DNA of 64,000 nt, from assembly GCF_009914755.1 (NCBI RefSeq), contig NC_060932.1; one strand, given 5' to 3'. The notes below the pieces were generated by a model. That model was given only the letters and a program-made list of their open reading frames with translations, searched no databases and was not told the DNA's origin. The DNA is from the human T2T-CHM13v2.0 reference genome, Homo sapiens. The position numbers and the translations under genes are program-made. Every line of letters begins with the position of its first letter. Positions within the stretch are counted from its first letter, which is position 1. This document shows, piece by piece, positions 15,952 to 29,159 of the stretch.

Positions 15952-17126
15952 AACACACAATTCTGAATTTCTGATTTTAAAGAACAAGGGTGAGAGGCTG
16001 CACGCACGCACTCACTGGTGGCATCAAGACACTGGCTTTACTGCTCTTTTTAGACCAAGGACACGCCCTTCTGTGCTCCGGGTCCCTCTGTGCTCTGTTG
16101 CCACACCACTGCCTACCTCATCCATTTATATGACCTGCCTGGTCCTGTAGCATTTGCCTTTGGGACCTGCCTTCTGCCTTTGCCCCTGCTTAGCACAGCG
16201 ACCTGGCCACTTACTCTCTCAGAGCCTCAGTGTTCCCATCCGTCAAATGGAAGACAAGCCCCTGCTCATTACATCATAGTGAAGATTTGATGAGGCCTCA
16301 TCTATGAAACCATGGGTGCAAATTTACAAAGTTGTAAATTACTATACTTCTGTAGGTAATTCTCATGCATCAGCCAGCTTCAGCAAATGTAGGTTAGAAT
16401 TTCCCCCTCCAGGCCTGGCCTGCCTGAGAGCAAGTATAAATCTCAAACAGCCAGTTTTATTGAGTACTTATTGCTGCAAACCAATGTGTTCTCAGTTCAA
16501 GATCACCTGAGTGCTTACTATATAATGGGAATTTTATATCCTTTAACTTACCTTAATACTTATAATTAGATAATTATAGTCATTACTATACAAATGATTA
16601 CTGAAACACAGAGGTTAAGGAACTCACCCTAGTAAGCTTAGGTGCTAGAACTGTCTGGCTCCTTTTAGTATCCCACATAAATGTAACTCATCTCTGTTCC
16701 CCTACAGTGCATGGCACAGAGCCTTGCACACAGCAGGTCTGGAATCAGTGCTTAAGGAATTGGTGAATGCATCCAAGACCCTGGTGTGTGCCACACTGAG
16801 GTTGAGGCACAATTCACAGCTATTTCCACAAGAGGGCAGTCGAGTTAAATGCAAAAGTTCAGAATAAGCATTCTTTGTTTAAAAGAAACACAAAAATTTA
16901 CTCCTGAAATGGGAGCCTTTTCATTTTGTAAGAAAGCATGTCTCTGAGTAAATTATGGTATCGAAAGGTCATGGGAAGGGTTGGGTGGTTGGTTACTGGA
17001 AGCCCAGCTGTAATCAGGGATTTTCCGATACTTAAGTAGACCTGGGTAGTCGCAGGCCCAGTGACTTCTCTGGGCACAGTGGAAGGAGCCTTGGAGGCCA
17101 TATAGAGGGCCTAAGCTTAGCGACTC

Positions 17127-17232
17127 AGGTTTCTAGGTAAAATACGAGACAGCAAGTTACGTTTGAATTTCAGATAGCAAAGAGTAATTTTTTTTTTCAG
17201 TGTAAGTATGTTTCAATATTGCAGCAAGCATG
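17127..17232. mobile_element. MER53-like hAT fragment
   Basis: aaaatacgagacagcaagttacgtttgaatttcagata...tttttcagtgtaagtatg matches the recalled MER53 consensus. Confidence 0.6.
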
Positions 17233-17279
17233 TGAAGCTTGGGGTTGGGGAAGGGTATATCATAATCACCACTGGACTT

Positions 17280-17660
17280 GGATTTCTGAAAAAATGGAAT
17301 GGGTGAGGGGAGAGCAGAGTGAGTGCAAGGAGGCAGCCCTCCGAGTTTGGAGGCTACTGCACTAGTCCAGGCAAGAGACGACGTTGACATGGAGCAAGTG
17401 TCGGAGAGGACAGCCAAGAGATGGGGTGAGACTGGAGGAATATTTACCAGGTGGAATCCACAGAACTTGGTGAAGGAATTGATATGGAGGTGAGGGTCGG
17501 GGGGAGTCAAGAATGACTCCTAGGTCTGGTTTCTGGATGGATTCTTGAGGATAAATTTGAAAAGGAAAAGCCACAAGCTTTGTTTTGGGATGTTGAATCT
17601 AAGGGGATTTTTTTTGAAAATTAAAATGGAGAAGTGGCAGAAGGCAGTTACTTCCCTGGG
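17280..17660 (-). mobile_element. L2 fragment
   Basis: gtgagggtcgggggagtcaagaatgactcctaggt is typical of antisense L2. Confidence 0.55.
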
Positions 17661-18305
17661 GCCACCAGAAGGCTGGAATCCTGTGGGCAGCTCATTCGCT
17701 GACCTGCTGCTGTGAGTTATTTATGTGCTGGGTGATGGTTTGCACTTGAATTTGGCAATGATGTTTGCCCATCTGAAGTAGGTCCTTTTGCCCTTCAAGA
17801 AGGCTACTGCTTACAATATCTGTTTGGCTGGAAAATTTTAAAGAACCATGTTGTAATGGGGAGCAAGCTTCACTGGTCCTTCTGACTCATGCCCCATCTT
17901 TTATATTGCCCTAGCCCAACCAGTAACTGTGGACACACATTCTGACCAAGCAGATCATAAGTAAAGGTCTTAAGAGCCTTCAAGCAGGGCTAATGCCATT
18001 GTCAAAGCCTTAATGATCTGAGTTAATTGGCTTCTTTATTAACCCTTGTCCTTAATGACTAAACACACTCAAACTTCTTAGCAACCAGTCTAACTTCAAA
18101 TGCCTTAGCCACCCATGCTACCCAGATTGCCCAGTGGGAAGAAGGATCAGATGTGTCTTAATATATGGTAAAGGGGCATTGTAACCAGAATGTGGAAGGT
18201 ACTGTATGGAGAAATCCTCACTGGGGAAGCACCAGATCACCCTCATTACAGACACCTGTGGTGGTTGGCTATGCATCAGGCGCTCTGCTAGGCTACGGCC
18301 CCCTC

Positions 18306-18624
<319 letters not shown>

Positions 18625-19510
18625 TAAGGAGCACCCTCCCTAGTGCAGGACAGAATGAAATACATGGCTCATTTGTGAGTCAGTGTTTAGATTTCCAAAG
18701 AACTGCCTGTGGGAGATGTTAGAGAATCTGACTGAGCCCGGAGGCAGGAATCGTACTCTGCGAATGAACAAGACCAGATGCCCAGTGGAGACCAGAATTT
18801 CGCATTCCTCTGAGCCTTGGTTGTAATTTCTCTGTCTAGGTTGGCTGTAATCTGAGCATAAACTCAGAAATGCCACCCCTTGCCCCTCTGCTAGCATTTG
18901 CTTTCTTGAGGATTCTTCTATGGCCACCCTGAGATTTTGCTTTTTATTCAACAAAAGGCAAACATCCTTTTCCACTAGATTGTGGGCATACAGAAAATTA
19001 GGAAGATTCTGAGCTTGAACTCACTGGTGATTGCTCTGTTGGAGTGGTAGTCCAAAATATGGTATTTTTCAATTTTTAAATATTGTGTAGATTTTGTCTT
19101 CCTCCTTTCTTCTGATATGCCCAAAACAGGATAAAAATGGAAATTAGAGGGAATCATGAGGAAGGCAAAATAAAAGTAGAAAATCAGAATAAGGCAAGGC
19201 AAAGATTGGCCCACATCACTCATTCTACACAGTCCTAACAAATGTGAGGGGCTGCATATTTGGCTCTGGGATCCCTGTAACCAAAGAAAAGAAAAAAATA
19301 GTCTAAGTTACTTGGTTTCTACAAGATAAAAATAAGAGTTTCTCAGGGGTCACAATGTTTTCTTCTATTGATGATGGAGGGAACTTGGTTCCTCGGGTCC
19401 TCATGAAGGGGGGAACACTGTATGCCACAGGGGACCATCTGACTTGACAATGTCCTGCTGCTGAAGGACCAGTGGTTTCCAAAGGCCAATGCCTATAAAA
19501 AGCATCTTCA

Positions 19511-19813
19511 GGTCCAGCGCGCTGGCTCACGTCTGTAATCCCAGCACTTTGGGAGGCCAAGGCGGGCAGATCACGAGGTCAGGAGATTGACGCTATCCTG
19601 GCTAAGATGGTGAAACCTCGTCTCTACTAAAAATACAAAAAATTAGCTGGGTGTGGTGGTGGGTGCCTGTGGTCCCATCTACTTAGGAGGCTGAGGCAGG
19701 AGAATCACTTGAACCTGGGAGAATCACTTGAGCCGAGATCGCACCACTGCACTCCAGCCTGGTGACAGAGCGAGACTCTGTCTCAAAAAAAAAAAACAAA
19801 AAAAAAACAAAAA
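19511..19813 (+). mobile_element. Alu (AluSc/Y-like), sense, with an internal rearrangement
   Basis: Alu left and right arms plus A-tail; ggagaatcacttga occurs twice in the right arm. Confidence 0.93.
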
Positions 19814-22800
19814 GTGTCTCCAGGTGCTGTATTTCAGAGGCTGCGAATGTTGGGTCCTGGCATTCTCTACCAGACTTGTACCTCCCTCGGTGACTACCAA
19901 TATCTCAGTTTTCCTTGCTGCCCACACCTTGGTTCTGTCTCCCACCTTGAAGTTGGAGGCATGCAAACGACCCTTCTAGATATGTTCTTCACTCCTCTGT
20001 TATCTCCTGGTCAAATCACCATTCGTGGCTTTAGAATCCCACTCAAACTCACCTCCTTTGGGGACATTCTTTGGTCCAGCTGGCCCAAGGCTAGGGATGG
20101 AGCCTGACTCTCCAGCTTTCATCAGGGCTTTGGGTTCGGTCTCAGTAGTTTGACTTCTTTTGGTTGATGTGGGGCAGGAGATCTAATAAGGAGGAGGCTG
20201 AAAGCATGACAGAACCCCTGTTCCCTGATGACAGTGAATCACTACTGACAGTAGCAGAATAACAGCTAAACAATCTTCATGGTGCTAATTATTATTTTGG
20301 AGAAGGAGTCCAAAATGCATAGATGGTGATATCATTTCAGAAATTAGCCACAGAAATCAAATTGTATCAAATGGAATTGTGGGCACACAGGAAATTGGGA
20401 AGATTCAGAGCTTGAAATCACTGGTGATTGCAGGGCAGGGCCCCCAAAGGACTGTGCTCTATTGGAGTGGTAGTCTCACCCTTTGGCCACCTGCTGTTGT
20501 TGAACGAGCACTGGAAATGGACTTGGGATTCTTGGCCCCTGGTCTTGGCTGGATGATCTTGACCCAGTCACATCACCATGCAGAATCCCAGTTTTCTCAT
20601 TTGGGAAGTGGAGATTTTTAAAGAGTTGTGAGAATTAAATGAGACAAATATGGAGAGTGTTTGGTCTGATTGTTCATACATATCACTTGTGATTATTTTA
20701 TGAATAGTAATTAATAGCAACAATCATATTAGCTCTTCTCACTATATACAGAATTAGCAAGAAGGGATTAAAGATGGCAGCACAGGGTGTCTGTCCTAGA
20801 GGTCAGCAAAGAACAGCCCTAGAGAGCCCAGAAGGCAGTAACTGGCCTTAGGGTGATCTTACTGGGAGGGTGGGAGGACCCTCTCCAGAGCTGAAGACAG
20901 GGTGATCTCCAATGTGCGGGAAGCAGGAATATCAAGAGTGAGGTCCATGCAAAAAACACTGGTAGGTCCAGGTACTGGGCAGTTTATAAGACCAGAAACC
21001 CCCAGAGAGGGGCTCTGACCATAAAGTGGTAGGATGAAGATGGCTCAAAGACTGTGGAGGTCATGTCTGCCATGAGCCAGGATGTTGAGGTGGGTCTCTG
21101 GGTTGAATTAGCGAAGCATGGAACTAGAGTGATTTAAACGATTTAAACTTGTGCCTCACGCTGGAATGTGTTTCAGAACCCACCTCGGGCCAGCACTTGT
21201 GTCATCAACATCTATGAGATGCCAGGAAGAGCGAGGTGCTGGGCATATGGAGCAGTGTCAGACAGAGTCACATGCCTTGCAGGGCAGGATGTAGGACAGA
21301 AGCCAGGTGCAGCCAAAAACACACTGAATAACACCACTGGCAGAGATAGGCAGCATGTAGTGGATGAGACCAGGGTTTGAACCCTAGTTCTCACCACTAG
21401 TTCAAGACAGTGGCCCATATACCTCACCTTCTTAATCTCTAAAAGGGGGATTAAAATGTACCACCTTCCTTTTAGGAGTGTTAGGTGGATTAAATGAATC
21501 AATGTGTATTAAAACATTTTGCAGATAGTCTTTTACAAAGTAGTGCTCAGTAAATAAAAGTTATTATTATACTATTATGAGTATTTTTAAAATTGAATTA
21601 TCCTAGGCTCTGATGAATGAACTTTTATTATATACCCCCTACCTCCCTATTAGTGGCAACTAAGCAAAGTGAGTTTTTAATATTTGTTATGCAACACGCT
21701 TACTGTAACATTCTGTTTAACACACATACACAGAACAATAGATTAATAGCATGGAAAAAAACCTCATCCATAATCCTATAGTGCATTTCTAGCTTTTGTT
21801 TTGCATATCCATTTCCATTCAAATTAAATAATAGTTATTAACTTGAATGGAAATTCAAAGCCAGGCTCTCAGCAATTACTACACCACACATTGACTTCCA
21901 ATACTGATTCAGTTGTACAGTTGTAATTGCAATACATGTATATGGCATTTTATAATCTAACCTTTTTACATAATGTTATACACACTCCCTTTTGGCTAGA
22001 ATTTTTAAGCATTGTCCTCAATCATAGCATTTTATTATATTTAGGGCATTTACTATAATTTACTTCTTAATTTTCTACTATTGGACATTAAGGTTCTTTT
22101 CAATATTTTGCTAGAATAGATTGCACAGCAATTGGCCTATCATTGTACACAGCTGCTGCTTCCGTTAACTTATTGCTGGGAGATATATTTCAGACATAGG
22201 TAGAAACACATTATGCTTGGACCTCATATATTAGTTATATAGTTATATAGGGCATGAAAACAAATCTCTAAATGTTATAAAAGATGAACAGTTCCTCTCT
22301 GGTTGCTAAATCATTGCACAGGGGTAGAACTCCTCAATATGGCTTTTTATACCTTACCTTTCTATTACTTCTAAGAAAGGGAACCCAGTTGATGAGCTCG
22401 TTATAACAATTGCCAGGCCAGATGTGATTAGAGAATCTCTTTCTTCAGTTTACGGAAAGAGATGGATAGCCCTTGTTAGTGATGCTGTATTGATTTGTGT
22501 TTTTTTTCAACTATGGGACTGGATACATTTCCTTCTTAAGGATTTCCTGTGGTGGCAGCTGGCTTCTTTTCAAGCTTTTGAAAAGTCGTAAAGGGGCCTG
22601 AAGTCATTTGATCTCCCAAAATGAGATAATCTCCAATGTACCATATGTTTGTAAAGCAGACTTGGCCTTTAGTCTCGAGAGCTGTATTCCAGGAAAGGAA
22701 CCAGTTAATGCGATTTTCCTTGACTGCTTTCTGCCTTGCCCTATGAGACAAACGCATGGGCATAAATTGGTCAAATGCCATAAGTGAGGAAAACGGCTAA

Positions 22801-23038
22801 TTGTTAGACGACAGCTATGCACAGCTTTATTTTACAAGGTCCAGCCTGGTTCCAGCCAGGTTAAACTAATTTGTAAAGGAAATGCATTTACTGCAGGAAG
22901 CATGAAGCAACTGTCATGTGATAAGAAAGTAGACATTCCTTTTCACTAGGCGTGGACTTGGCCACATTTATTTCTACAGGAAAAGCTTGTGATGACTTGC
23001 CTTTATGAATGGTGACCGTAAATCTCATTCTCTCCAAG

Positions 23039-23145
23039 GTTTCCAGATGCATTTGTGACCTTCAGTTCCTTCCAGAGGAGGTTCCCTGAGGTATCTGGGT
23101 ATTGCCACTGTGCTGACAGCCAAGGGCGGGAACTGGCTGAGACAG
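23039..23145 (+). CDS. TG: TG exon 6 (c.639-745), contains Tyr234
   Basis: Acceptor tctctccaag; FPDAFVTFSSFQRRFPEVSGYCHCADSQGRELAET; donor GTGAGT. Confidence 0.97.
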
Positions 23146-23644
23146 GTGAGTGATACCCCTCAGGTGATCTGAAGGGAGGGAGTGTGATTCCTCAGGTCTG
23201 AAAACCTGGATAACATTGCTTGTAAAGCACAGCTAGAGTGACTGCCTGCCCCCTGCCAGGCTGCTGTGGGCATTGAGGAGGACACAACCTTAGCAAACTG
23301 TCATCTTGCAGTATGGTGAATGCAGCTGCTGCTGGCCCACATAGTGCCTTTGTGCACATTGGAAAGAAGTGCCCCGCTCTGGGCAGATGCAGCCCCGAAA
23401 TTGGCGAGTGGAGCACAGGATGGATTTAATCTTTTATTCTATAAGCACTGCTCCTTTGTTTCTATGAACAGCCTGCACAACCATCCACAGCAGCTCTGAC
23501 TTTGGAAACTGTTAAAGTGTTGTTCAGACTTATTGCCTAATGATGCTGGTGAAGGCTGTCTCTCTCAGTATCTGTTTGCACAACAAGGTCAGGGCTTCCT
23601 TTCTGAATGAGACCATCTCTGAAAGTCTTGCTGTCTTTGCTCAG

Positions 23645-23788
23645 GTTTGGAGTTGTTACTGGATGAAATTTATGACACCATTTTTGCTGGCCTGGACCTT
23701 CCTTCCACCTTCACTGAAACCACCCTGTACCGGATACTGCAGAGACGGTTCCTCGCAGTTCAATCAGTCATCTCTGGCAGATTCCGAT
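23645..23788 (+). CDS. TG: TG exon 7 (c.746-889)
   Basis: Acceptor tctttgctcag; LELLLDEIYDTIFAGLDLPSTFTETTLYRILQRRFLAVQSVISGRFR; donor GTAAGT. Confidence 0.97.
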
Positions 23789-23989
23789 GTAAGTAATAAA
23801 CTGCCAACAATGTGCGTGTTTCCATTAGGGGGACGCCTCTTGGGTTTCAAAGTTGCTATGGTGTGTGTGGCTGCTCCACCAAAGTGAGGGCAGAGATGAA
23901 AAGAATCGTTAAGAGCAAACAGCAGTGCATGCTGTGAAGACACCAAGCATTGTTGACACTGTCTTCTTTACTGTGTGGATTTCCTCTAG

Positions 23990-24175
23990 GCCCCACAAAA
24001 TGTGAAGTGGAGCGGTTTACAGCAACCAGCTTTGGTCACCCCTATGTTCCAAGCTGCCGCCGAAATGGCGACTATCAGGCGGTGCAGTGCCAGACGGAAG
24101 GGCCCTGCTGGTGTGTGGACGCCCAGGGGAAGGAAATGCATGGAACCCGGCAGCAAGGGGAGCCGCCATCTTGTG
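23990..24175 (+). CDS. TG: TG exon 8 (c.890-1075), type-1 repeat
   Basis: Acceptor ttcctctag; PTKCEVERF...QCQTEGPCWCVDAQGKEMHGTRQQGEPPSC; donor GTGGGT. Confidence 0.97.
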
Positions 24176-24980
24176 GTGGGTTTCCTCTGGGGGCTTCCTC
24201 TTTCGGCCTCGGATCATATTACTTTGGCGGTCCTCCAGACCAACCTCTCTGGACCCCATTAATTCAACTGCCTTCTAGTGTGCCCCTCTGGCCCTTCAAG
24301 CTCAACCTGTCTGAGAACCAGTTTATCATCATTAACTTCCAACATGTTTCTCATCTTGTGTCAGACCTCGTTGCATTTTCAGGGAGCTCAGGGAATATTA
24401 GGAGGCTCATAGATGAAGAAAAATAAAAGAGAATTGAGTTCCCATGTGCGGTGAGACAGGAGCATGCACATAACTAAAGGAGCATGGTGAGGTGGGCATT
24501 CGATCTTGCAGCAGGTATGGGAAGGAGGCATTTAGGAAGAATGCATGGAAGAGGCCATACTTGATCAGAATCTTCTAAGAAGATGTTTCCTGAAGGAGAG
24601 GAGTAAGGAAAGGTGTTCTCTATATAGAGAGCAGGAGAAGCAAAATTAGAAGGACAGAATAATAGGCATTGATATGCTAATGATCATCTAATCTGCAAGA
24701 AGGATAGAGAAAAAATTGCTGGAGTATGAATAGGGTGGTGCTCCGGACTCTGAAGAAAGGCAGGGGTAAGACAATGAGGTCTTTGTTATCCTAACAAAGG
24801 CTTGGGGGCTTCATCCTGGAGGTCAGGTGAAGACAGTGAAAGGTTTTAAGTTGGACAGTATCATCGTGGGTTTTGCACGTAAGGCAAAGAAATTCTGGAG
24901 GAGAGACTCAAAGAAGCAGTAGTCCGGAGGCAACGGGGCTAATTAGAAGGTCATTGCCATGTTCCAGAGCTGATGGAGTC

Positions 24981-25430
24981 TGTATTAATTTTCTAGGGCT
25001 ATGGTAATAAATCACCACAAAGTGGGCATCTGAGAGCAACTGAAATGTATTGTCTCTGTTCTGGAGGTTGGAAGTCCAAAATCAGGGTGTCAGCGGGGCC
25101 GTGCTCCCTCTGAAAGCTCTAGGGGAGGATCCTTTCTTTCCTCTTCCTAGCTTGTAGTGGCTGCCAGCAATCTGTGCATTCTTTGGTTTAGGGCAGCATT
25201 ACTGTAGTCTTTGCCTCCATTGCCACGTGGCCATCTTCCCTCTGTGTCTGTCTATGAGTCTTCTCCTCTTCTTACAAGGAGACCAGTCATGTTGGGTTAA
25301 GGCTCCACTTGATCCAGTCAGACATCATCTTAACTAATCCCATCTACAATGACCTTCCTGCCAAATAAGGTCACATTCTGTGGTTCTGGGAAGAGCATGA
25401 ATTTTGAGGGACACTATTCAACCCAGTATG
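24981..25430 (-). mobile_element. MLT1C-like MaLR LTR, intron 8
   Basis: tgtattaattttctagggct...ttctggaggttggaagtccaaaatcagggtgtcagc...gacactattcaaccc. Confidence 0.85.
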
Positions 25431-26850
25431 GGGCCAACATTAAAGCAGAAACAGTGGGAGACAGTGAGAACTCTTATTAGGCATTCGAGCCAGACCCCAT
25501 TTTCTCCTCCTGGTGAAATTTTGAAGGATGTTATGATGAGGAAGGGAAGAACCAGGAGCATTCCTAGGCTTCCAACTTGGGGAAGCTGGGTAGATTTTAA
25601 AAGATTTGGAATAGTGATACACCAATGCAGGGTTTTTTATAGCTTCAATATATATATTAACATTCATTCAATAATTCCTGCTAAATCATTCCATTTGTCC
25701 CACTTAACCTTTTGAATATTCTTCATGGTATGTGGTTATATTCTATCTGCTAAGTGTGAGAATGTCGAAAAAGAAAATTTGGAGACACTTTCTTGAAGGT
25801 ATTTACAATCACATTTCATTTCTACTAAAACCTAGAGAATGTTATGCCATCCAACTTCCAGGTGGAAATGAAGAACTATGGCTTTCCAAATTAAAGGCCA
25901 TAAATGGCTCTATCAAGTGCATAGATAGATCATATATTTTCAATTTTTCTGTCTGGTATATCAGGTCCTATTTCTGTGGAAACAAATGCCACATGGAAAC
26001 AGTAATTGAATTTCCTTGCTTTGGTAACACTACATAACAAATGGATGGAAAGAGAAAGGGTAAGCTCTTAATTTGGAAGAAGACTAAGCAAAGCAGTAAA
26101 CTTTATTTCTGCCATACCTTCCTGTAATATCCATTAAAAGAGGCCATGGCCTCGTTGAGGGATGTTACGTGCTCTGATGCTGCCAATCTTTCCCCTCCCA
26201 CCACATTTTCCAGTTCTTTCTCTGTTGCCTGGTTACAGAAGGAAATTGGCTGACTTTCTTTTTGGCATTTATGTGAATCAAGAGGAAAAAAATATTTTAA
26301 AAGTTGGGGGGGGGGCGTGGTGGTTAAAAGGTAAGAGTTATGATTTTATGGAGAAAAATGGAGCTTACTTTACATCCACCTATGTAACTGAGACAGCCCC
26401 TTGGTGTTTGAATTTTACATTTTTTCTCTCTTAATGTGGCTACAGTCAGCCTAGGATGTTCAGATAGAATGACTTGACCATGCAAAGAGTTGGCTGAGCT
26501 GATCACTGTTAAATTAGTAATTTCTAGGAAAGGTCAAGAAGCTCAGAAGAATGTTCTAAGTGTGTACACTGGGTAGGCATTATTGTTTTATATTATAGGA
26601 AGTATTATATTTCCTATATTATAATATATATTACAATATAGGAAAATATTTCTTATAATAGGAGCCACTAACAGCATTTCAGATATGGTTCTTGCCCTCA
26701 AGGAGACCATAGCTAGCCTAGAAAAGACTACTCCCAAGGAGGAATTAGCCACACTAAAATCACATAGTGAAGCATTGAAGTCTATTGAGAATTCCAACGA
26801 GAGAATGCTGGAAGACAACATTTCATTAAATACGCATAGGAATGTGTTGG

Positions 26851-27313
26851 TCTACTAGTCTCCTAGAGCTGCCACAACAAGTCACCACAAACCAGGTGGT
26901 TTAAAACAACAGAAATTTATTCCCTCCTAGTTCTGGAGGCCAGAAGTCTGAAATCAAGGTGTGGGCAGGGCCATGCTCTCCCTGAAGGTTCTATGGCAGA
27001 ATTCTTCCTTGCCCCTTCCTGGTTTCTGGTGGTTGCTGGCAATCCCTGGTGTCTTTGGCTTGTGGCTGCCTCCCTCCAATGTGTGCCTGTGTCTTCACAC
27101 AGCCTTCTTCCCTGTGTGCATCTTTGTTTATTTACATGACCTTGTTATAAGGACATCAGTCATTGGATTTAGAGCCCACCCTAATCCAGTATGACATCAT
27201 CTTAACTTGGTGACATCTGCAAAGACCCTATTTCTAGACCACATTCTGAGGTTCCCTGTAGACATGAACATCATGTCTGTGTGTGGTGGGGGACACTATT
27301 CACCTGAGTACCA
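26851..27313 (-). mobile_element. MLT1C-like MaLR LTR, intron 8
   Basis: gctgccacaacaagtcaccacaaac...ttctggaggccagaagtctgaaatcaaggtg...ggacactattcac. Confidence 0.85.
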
Positions 27314-27623
27314 TTGGCAAGTGAGGTCAGGTTTTCAGAAAGTGAGCCAGTATTTTCAAGACTTGCCTTAGAAGGGATGAACCTCTAGTGAGAGCTGGTG
27401 GAGTGGTCATGCCAACTGGAAAAGTCACACTTCCAAAATGGCCCCACAAAGGCAGCTCAGGGGAAAGGAAAAAATAAAATGACACAGAGAAGAAAGTGGT
27501 TTCAAACGTAGGTGTCCTTGATTGAATGTTCTGGCTTCTTACTACCTAAAGGATCTGAGGAGCTGTCTCAGGATTGCTTGTGACATTAAAACCTTTTCTC
27601 CCATTTCACTTTGTCTCATGCAG

Positions 27624-28724
27624 CTGAAGGCCAATCTTGTGCCTCCGAAAGGCAGCAGGCCTTGTCCAGACTCTACTTTGGGACCTCAGGCTACTTCAGC
27701 CAGCACGACCTGTTCTCTTCCCCAGAGAAAAGATGGGCCTCTCCAAGAGTAGCCAGATTTGCCACATCCTGCCCACCCACGATCAAGGAGCTCTTTGTGG
27801 ACTCTGGGCTTCTCCGCCCAATGGTGGAGGGACAGAGCCAACAGTTTTCTGTCTCAGAAAATCTTCTCAAAGAAGCCATCCGAGCAATTTTTCCCTCCCG
27901 AGGGCTGGCTCGTCTTGCCCTTCAGTTTACCACCAACCCAAAGAGACTCCAGCAAAACCTTTTTGGAGGGAAATTTTTGGTGAATGTTGGCCAGTTTAAC
28001 TTGTCTGGAGCCCTTGGCACAAGAGGCACATTTAACTTCAGTCAATTTTTCCAGCAACTTGGTCTTGCAAGCTTCTTGAATGGAGGGAGACAAGAAGATT
28101 TGGCCAAGCCACTCTCTGTGGGATTAGATTCAAATTCTTCCACAGGAACCCCTGAAGCTGCTAAGAAGGATGGTACTATGAATAAGCCAACTGTGGGCAG
28201 CTTTGGCTTTGAAATTAACCTACAAGAGAACCAAAATGCCCTCAAATTCCTTGCTTCTCTCCTGGAGCTTCCAGAATTCCTTCTCTTCTTGCAACATGCT
28301 ATCTCTGTGCCAGAAGATGTGGCAAGAGATTTAGGTGATGTGATGGAAACGGTACTCAGCTCCCAGACCTGTGAGCAGACACCTGAAAGGCTATTTGTCC
28401 CATCATGCACGACAGAAGGAAGCTATGAGGATGTCCAATGCTTTTCCGGAGAGTGCTGGTGTGTGAATTCCTGGGGCAAAGAGCTTCCAGGCTCAAGAGT
28501 CAGAGGTGGACAGCCAAGGTGCCCCACAGACTGTGAAAAGCAAAGGGCTCGCATGCAAAGCCTCATGGGCAGCCAGCCTGCTGGCTCCACCTTGTTTGTC
28601 CCTGCTTGTACTAGTGAGGGACATTTCCTGCCTGTCCAGTGCTTCAACTCAGAGTGCTACTGTGTTGATGCTGAGGGTCAGGCCATTCCTGGAACTCGAA
28701 GTGCAATAGGGAAGCCCAAGAAAT
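27624..28724 (+). CDS. TG: TG exon 9 (c.1076-2176; 1101 nt), two type-1 repeats with a long insertion
   Basis: Inside ORF 27611..28780; acceptor ctcatgcag; EGQSCASERQQ...CWCVNSWG...CYCVDAEG...KPKK; donor GTAAGT. Confidence 0.98.
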
Positions 28725-29159
28725 GTAAGTCTGTTGGGTATTCAATCTGTAGGTTCCCTGAGTCTCTCTTTAGGCCCTGACCCAATGCAGTACAGTAATA
28801 GAAATCCACTCCTGGCCAATGCTTACACTTCAGTTAAGGACAAAATTGACTGCTTATATTAAAAATTATCCAGGAATGCCTAGATAATGTTAATCAGACC
28901 TAGGAGTAAATGGGGAGATTTGTCTGGCCTTAAAGAACTGCCACATTTCTGCAGTGCTGATCACCAACTGATGTCAATGGTGCTGATTTAGTCATGGGGC
29001 AATGCCTATCTAGATATTATTTACAAATTTAAGCTTCATGGTATTTCTATGGCTATATAAGGTTTTAGACGGAGTTTGGACAGTTAAGTGGTTTTATCTT
29101 GGTCTTTCCAGTTTGTTAAATTTCTTAAACTGAAACACCTGCTCATTGTTCCTCCCCAG

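Noticed and set aside
24981-27313. Two co-oriented MLT1C-like LTRs about 1.4 kb apart as a full-length MaLR provirus
   Set aside because: The spacer shows no recognisable MLT-internal ends, and the first LTR appears to interrupt an L2-like sequence, so two independent solo LTRs are more likely.
27691-28647. Antisense and alternative-frame ORFs overlapping exon 9
   Set aside because: Short shadows of the real coding exon with no independent signals.
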